From: Eledone cirrhosa
Lineage: Eukaryota
DNA: 64,000 nt
Reading direction: 5' to 3'
Assembly (NCBI GenBank): GCA_964016885.1
Contig: OZ024741.1
Span: 235,290,001 to 235,354,000 of the forward strand
Under the pieces are notes generated by a model. It was given only the letters and a program-made list of their open reading frames with translations, was not told the DNA's origin and made no database searches. This document shows positions 56,801 to 64,000 of this stretch, one piece after another. Position 1 is the stretch's first letter, and the number at the start of each line of letters is the position of its first letter. A program made the position numbers and the translations under genes.

Positions 56801-59800
56801 CAACAGCCACAACAATAGTGACAACAACAACAACAGCAATAGTAATAACAATAACAACTAGGACATCAACAGCCACAACAATATTGACAACAACAACAAC
56901 AGCAATAGTAATAACAATAACAACTAGCACATCAACAGCCACAACAATAGTGACAACAACAACAACAGCAATAGTAATAACAATAACAACTAGGACATCA
57001 ACAGCCACAACAATAGTGACAACAACAACAGCAGCAATAGTAATAACAATAACAACTAGGACATCAACAGCCACAACAATAGTGACAACAACAACAGCAG
57101 CAATAGTAATAACAATAACAACTAGGACATCAACAGCCACAACAATAGTGACAACAGCAACAACAGCAATAGTAATAACAATAACAACTAGGACATCAAC
57201 AGCCACAACAATAGTGACAACAACAACAACAGCAATAGTAATAACAAAAACAACTAGGACATCAACAGCCACAACAATAGTGACAACAACAACAACAGGA
57301 ATAGTAATAACAATAACAACTAGGACATCAACAGCCACAACAATAGTGACAACAACAACAGCAATAGTAATAACAAAAACAACTAGGACATCAACAGCCA
57401 CAACAATAGTGACAACAACAACAGCAGGAATAGTAATAACAATAACAACTAGGACATCAACAGCCACAACAATAGTGACAACAACAACAGCAATAGTAAT
57501 AACAAAAACAACTAGGACATCAACAGCCACAACAATAGTGACAACAACAACAACAGGAATAGTAATAACAATAACAACTAGGACATCAACAGCCACAACA
57601 ATAGTGACAACAACAACAGCAATAGTAATAACAATAACAACTAGGACATCAACAGCCACAACAATAGTGACAACAGCAACAACAGCAATAGTAATAACAA
57701 TAACAACTAGGACATCAACAGCCACAACAATAGTGACAACAACAACAACAGCAATAGTAATAACAATAACAACTAGGACATCAACAGCCACAACAATAGT
57801 GACAACAACAACAACAGCAATAGTAATAACAATAACAACTAGGACAACAACAGCCACAACAATAGTGACAACAACAACAACAGCAATAGTAATAACAAAA
57901 ACAACTAGGACATCAACAGCCACAACAATAGTGACAACAACAACAGCAATAGTAATAACAAAAACAACTAGGACATCAACAGCCACAACAATAGTGACAA
58001 CAACAACAGCAATAGTAATAACAATAACTAGGACATCAACAGCCACAACAATAGTGACAACAACAACAGCAATAGTAATAACAATAACTAGGACATCAAC
58101 AGCCACAACAATAGTGACAACAACAACAGCAGCAATAGTAATAACAATAACAACTAGGACATCAACAGCCACAACAATAGTGACAACAACAACAGCAGCA
58201 ATAGTAATAACAATAACAACTAGGACATCAACAGCCACAACAATAGTGACAACAGCAACAACAGCAATAGTAATAACAATAACAACTAGGACATCAACAG
58301 CCACAACAATAGTGACAACAACAACAACAGCAATAGTAATAACAAAAACAACTAGGACATCAACAGCCACAACAATAGTGACAACAACAACAACAGGAAT
58401 AGTAATAACAATAACAACTAGGACATCAACAGCCACAACAATAGTGACAACAACAACAGCAATAGTAATAACAAAAACAACTAGGACATCAACAGCCACA
58501 ACAATAGTGACAACAACAACAACAGCAGGAATAGTAATAACAATAACAACTAGGACATCAACAGCCACAACAATAGTGACAACAACAACAGCAATAGTAA
58601 TAACAAAAACAACTAGGACATCAACAGCCACAACAATAGTGACAACAACAACAACAGCAATAGTAATAACAATAACAACTAGGACATCAACAGCCACAAC
58701 AATAGTGACAACAACAACAGCAATAGTAATAACAATAACAACTAGGACATCAACAGCCACAACAATAGTGACAACAGCAACAACAGCAATAGTAATAACA
58801 ATAACAACTAGGACATCAACAGCCACAACAATAGTGACAACAACAACAACAGCAATAGTAATAACAATAACAACTAGGACATCAACAGCCACAACAATAG
58901 TGACAACAACAACAACAGCAATAGTAATAACAATAACAACTAGGACAACAACAGCCACAACAATAGTGACAACAACAACAACAGCAATAGTAATAACAAA
59001 AACAACTAGGACATCAACAGCCACAACAATAGTGACAACAACAACAGCAATAGTAATAACAAAAACAACTAGGACATCAACAGCCACAACAATAGTGACA
59101 ACAACAACAGCAATAGTAATAACAATAACTAGGACATCAACAGCCACAACAATAGTGACAACAACAACAGCAATAGTAATAACAATAACTAGGACATCAA
59201 CAGCCACAACAATAGTGACAACAACAACAGCAGGAATAGTAATAACAATAACAACTAGGACATCAACAGCCACAACAATAGTGACAACAACAACAGCAAT
59301 AGTAATAACAATAACAACTAGGACATCAACAGCCACAACAATAGTGACAACAGCAACAACAGCAATAGTAATAACAATAACAACTAGGACATCAACAGCC
59401 ACAACAATAGTGACAACAACAACAACAGCAATAGTAATAACAATAACAACTAGGACATCAACAGCCACAACAATAGTGACAACAACAACAACAGCAATAG
59501 TAATAACAATAACAACTAGGACATCAACAGCCACAACAATAGTGACAACAGCAACAACAGCAATAGTAATAACAATAACAACTAGGACATCAACAGCCAC
59601 AACAATAGTGACAACAACAACAACAGCAATAGTAATAACAATAACAACTAGGACATCAACAGCCACAACAATAGTGACAACAACAACAACAGCAATAGTA
59701 ATAACAATAACAACTAGGACATCAACAGCCACAACAATAGTGACAACAGCAACAACAGCAATAGTAATAACAAGAACAACTAGGACATCAACAGCCACAA

Positions 59801-60399
59801 CAATAGTGACAACAACAACAACAGCAATAGTAATAACAATAACAACTAGGACATCAACAGCCACAACAATAGTGACAACAACAACAACAGCAATAGTAAT
59901 AACAATAACAACTAGGACATCAACAGCCACAACAATAGTGACAACAACAACAACAGCAATAGTAATAACAATAACAACTAGCACATCAACAGCCACAACA
60001 ATAGTGACAACAACAACAACAGCAATAGTAATAACAATAACTAGGACATCAACAGCCACAACAATAGTGACAACAACAACAGCAATAGTAATAACAATAA
60101 CTAGGACATCAACAGCCACAACAATAGTGACAACAGCAACAGCAGCAATAGTAATAACAATAACAACTAGGACATCAACAGCCACAACAATAGTGACAAC
60201 AACAACAACAGCAATAGTAATAACAATAACAACTAGGACATCAACAGCCACAACAATAGTGACAACAACTACAACAGCAATAGTAATAACAAAAACAACT
60301 AGGACATCAACAGCCACAACAATAGTGACAACAACAACAGCAATAGTAATAACAATAACTAGGACATCAACAGCCACAACAATAGTGACAACAACAACA
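47871..60399. repeat. 12.5-kb satellite, about 63-bp unit (60-66 bp), about 200 copies, with higher-order structure
   Basis: Consensus ACTAGGACATCAACAGCCACAACAATAGTG(ACA)nGCAATAGTAATAACAATAACA. A marker variant recurs at 48541, 51721, 53803 and 55885. Confidence 0.97.
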
Positions 60400-60479
60400 C
60401 ACATATTACTACCACAAAAGGCTACAACCTGTACTGTTTCTGAAATTACATAATATAGAATCACTATGAAACATCTGAA

Positions 60480-63400
60480 CACCACTATCACTCCCACAGT
60501 CCTGGCACCACTACCACTCCCACCCAGTCATGCTACCACTAGAACACCACTATCACTCTCACACAGTCCTGACACCACTACCCAGTCATGCTACCACTAG
60601 AACACCACTATCACTCTCACACAGTCCTGACACCACTACCCAGTCATGCTACCACTAGAACACCACTATTACTCCCACGTAGTCCTGGTAGCACTATATC
60701 ACTATCACTCCAACACCGTCCTGGTACCACTACAATACCGCTATCACTCCCACATAGTCCTGATACCACTGCAACACCGCTATCACTCCCACATAGTCCT
60801 GATACCACTGCAACACCGCTATCACTCCCACATAGTCCTGGTACCAGTACAACACCACTATCATTCCCACACAGTCCTGATACCACTACAACACCACTAT
60901 CACTCCCACACAGTCCTGATACCACTACAACACCACTATCACTCCCACACAGTCCTGATACCACTACAACACCACTATCACTCCCACACAGTCCTGATAC
61001 CACTACAACACCACTATCATTCCCACACAGTCCTGATACCACTACAACACCACTATCACTCCCACACAGTCCTGATACCACTACAATACCCCTATCATTC
61101 CCACACAGTCCTGATAGCACTACAACACCACTATCACTCCCACACAGTCCTGGTACCACTACAACACCACTATCATTCCCACACAGTCCTGATACCACTA
61201 CAACACCACTATCACTCCCACACAGTCCTGGTACCACTACAACACCACTATCATTCCCACACAGTCCTGGTACCACTACAACACCACTATCATTCCCACA
61301 CAGTCCTGATACCACTACAACACCACTATCACTCCCACACAGTCCTGATACCACTACAACACCACTATCACTCCCACACAGTCCTGATACCACTACAACA
61401 CCACTATCATTCCCACACAGTCCTGGTACCACTACAACACCACTATCACTCCCACACAGTCCTGATACCACTACAACACCACTATCATTCCCACACAGTC
61501 CTGGTACCACTACAACACCACTATCATTCCCACACAGTCCTGGTACCACTACAACACCACTATCACTCCCACACAGTCCTGATACCACTACAACACCACT
61601 ATCATTCCCACACAGTCCTGATACCACTACAACACCACTATCACTCCCACACAGTCCTGGTACCACTACAACACCACTATAACTTCCACACAGTCCTGAT
61701 ACCACTACAACACCACTATCGCTCCCACACAGTCCTGGTACCACTACAACACCACTATCACTCCCACACAGTCCTGATACCACTACAACACCACTATCAT
61801 TCCCACACAGTCCTGATACCACTACAACACCACTATCACTCCCACACAGTCCTGGTACAACTACAACATCACTATAACTTCCACACAGTCCTGGTACCAC
61901 TACCACTCCCACACAGTCCTGGTACCACTGCAACACCACTATCACTCCCACACAGTCCTGGTACCACTACCACTCCCACACAGTCCTGGTACCACTACAA
62001 CACCACTAGTACCACTACAACACCACTATCACTCCCACACAGTCCTGATACCACTACTACTCCCACACAGCCCTGGTACCACTACAACACCACTACAATA
62101 CCACTATCACTCCCACACAGTCCTGGTACCACTGCAACACCACTATCACTCCCACACAGTCCTGGTACCACTACAACACCACTAGTACCACTACAACACC
62201 ACTATCACTCCCACACAGTCCTGATACCACTACTACTCCCACACAGTCCTGGTACCACTACAACACCACTAGTACCACTACAACACCACTATCACTCCCA
62301 CACAGTCCTGATACCACTACCACTCCCACACAGTCTTGGTACCACTACAACACCACTACAATACCACTATCACTCCCACACAGTCCTGGTACCACTACAA
62401 CACCACTACAATACCACTATCACTCCCACACAGTCTTGGTACCACTACAACACCACTACAATACCACTATCACTCCCACACAGTCCTGGTACCACAGCAA
62501 CACCACTATCACTCCCACACAGTCCTGGTACCACTACCACTCCCACACAGTCCTGGTACCACTACAACACCACTAGTACCACTACAACACCACTATCACT
62601 CCCACACAGTCCTGGTACCACTACCACTCCCACACAGTCCTGGTACCACTACAACACCACTAGTACCACTACAACACCACTATCACTCCCACACAGTCCT
62701 GGTACCACTATCACTCCCACATAGTCCTGGTACCACTACAATACCACTATCACTCCCACACAGTCCTGGTACCACTACAACACCACTATCTCTCCCACAC
62801 AGTCCTGATACCACTATCACTCCCACATAGTCCTGGTACCACTACAATACCACTATCACTCCCACACAGTCCTGGTACCACTACAACACCACTATCACTC
62901 CCACACAGTCCTGGTACCACTACAACACCACTATCACTCCCACACAGTCCTGGTACCACTACCACTCCCACACAGCCCTGGTACCACTACAACACCACTA
63001 CAATACCACTATCACTCCCACACAGTCCTGGTACCACTACAACACCACTACAATACCACTATCACTCCCACACAGTCCTGGTACCACTACCACTCCCACA
63101 TAGTCCTGGTACCACTACAACACCACTACAATACCACTATCACTCCCACACAGTCCTGGTACCACTACCACTCCCACATAGTCCTGGTACCACTACAACA
63201 CCACTACAATACCACTATCACTCCCACACAGTCCTGGTACCACTACAACACCACTACAACACCACTACAATACCACTACCACTCCCACATAGTCCTGGTA
63301 CCACTACAACACCACTACAATACCACTATCACTCCCACATGGTCCTGGTACCACTACAACACCACTACAACACCACTATCACTCCCACACAGTCCTGGTA

Positions 63401-64000
63401 CCACTACAACACCACTATCACTCCCACACAGACCTGGTACCACTACCACTCCCACACAGACCTGGTACCACTACCACTCCCACACAGACCTGGTACCACT
63501 ACCACTCCCACACAGTCCTGGTACCACTACAACACCACTATCACTCCCACACAGTCCTGGTACCACTATCACTCCCACATAGTCCAGGTACCACTACAAC
63601 ACCACTATCACTCCCACACAGTCCTGCTACCACTACAACACCACTATCACTCCCACACAGTCCTGGTACCACTGCAACACCACTATCACTCCCACACAGT
63701 CCTGGTACCACTATCACTCCCACACAGTCCTCGTACCACTACAACACCACTATCACTCCCACACAGACCTGGTACCACTACCACTCCCACATATTACTAG
63801 TACCACTACAACACCACTATCTCTCCCACACAGTCCTGGTACCACTGCAACACCACTATCACTCCCACACAGTCCTGGTACCACTACCACTCCCACACAG
63901 TCCTGGTACCACTACAACACCACTAGTACCACTACAACACCACTATCACTCCCACACAGTCCTGGTGCCACTACCACTCCCACACAGTCTTGGTACCACT
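60480..64000. repeat. 39-bp satellite degenerating into 27-51 bp variants; runs off the window end
   Basis: Unit CACCACTATCAYTCCCACACAGTCCTGRTACCACTACAA. It is regular over about 60720-61900 and modular after that. Confidence 0.95.

Noticed and set aside
47529-60497. 4322-aa Val/Ile ORF (minus) and 4182-aa Thr-rich ORF (plus)
   Set aside because: Both start at GTG and are translations of a triplet-built satellite. The minus ORF runs out of frame into a retrotransposon. There is no signal peptide or domain.
60588-63800. Pro/Thr/His-rich and Gly/Val/Cys-rich ORFs
   Set aside because: They come from the 39-bp satellite, are open in several frames at once, and are broken by frameshifts.
47871-64000. 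CRISPR-like regular repeats
   Set aside because: There are no unique spacers and no cas genes, and the context is eukaryotic. These are tandem satellites.

Overview
This is repeat-rich animal genomic DNA. The RTE, Penelope and SINE families, the long (TA)n tracts and the C2H2 gene suggest a cephalopod such as Octopus, but that assignment is an inference. There is one credible host coding exon, a six-finger C2H2 zinc-finger protein at 4000-4944 (+). The rest consists of decayed RTE LINEs, HERO-like and CRE-like non-LTR relics, several Penelope-like elements (PLEs), tRNA-derived SINEs, a hAT MITE with an 8-bp TSD, long microsatellites, and two satellites (63 bp and 39 bp) filling about 47.9-64 kb. 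The most notable unannotated signal is about 15 hand-folded type I hammerhead ribozyme (HHR) motifs. Some lie at PLE 3' ends. Others lie in short non-coding fold-back or partial-tandem units inside (TA)n tracts. Two of these units (periods 319 and 523 nt) restart just after the predicted cleavage site, as expected for retrotransposed small circular RNAs (retrozyme-like). Four unrelated HHRs carry a compensatory U3-A8 core. The hAT MITE carries two convergent tRNA-like Pol III promoters. All folds and family calls were made by eye; no searches were run and ribozyme activity is untested.
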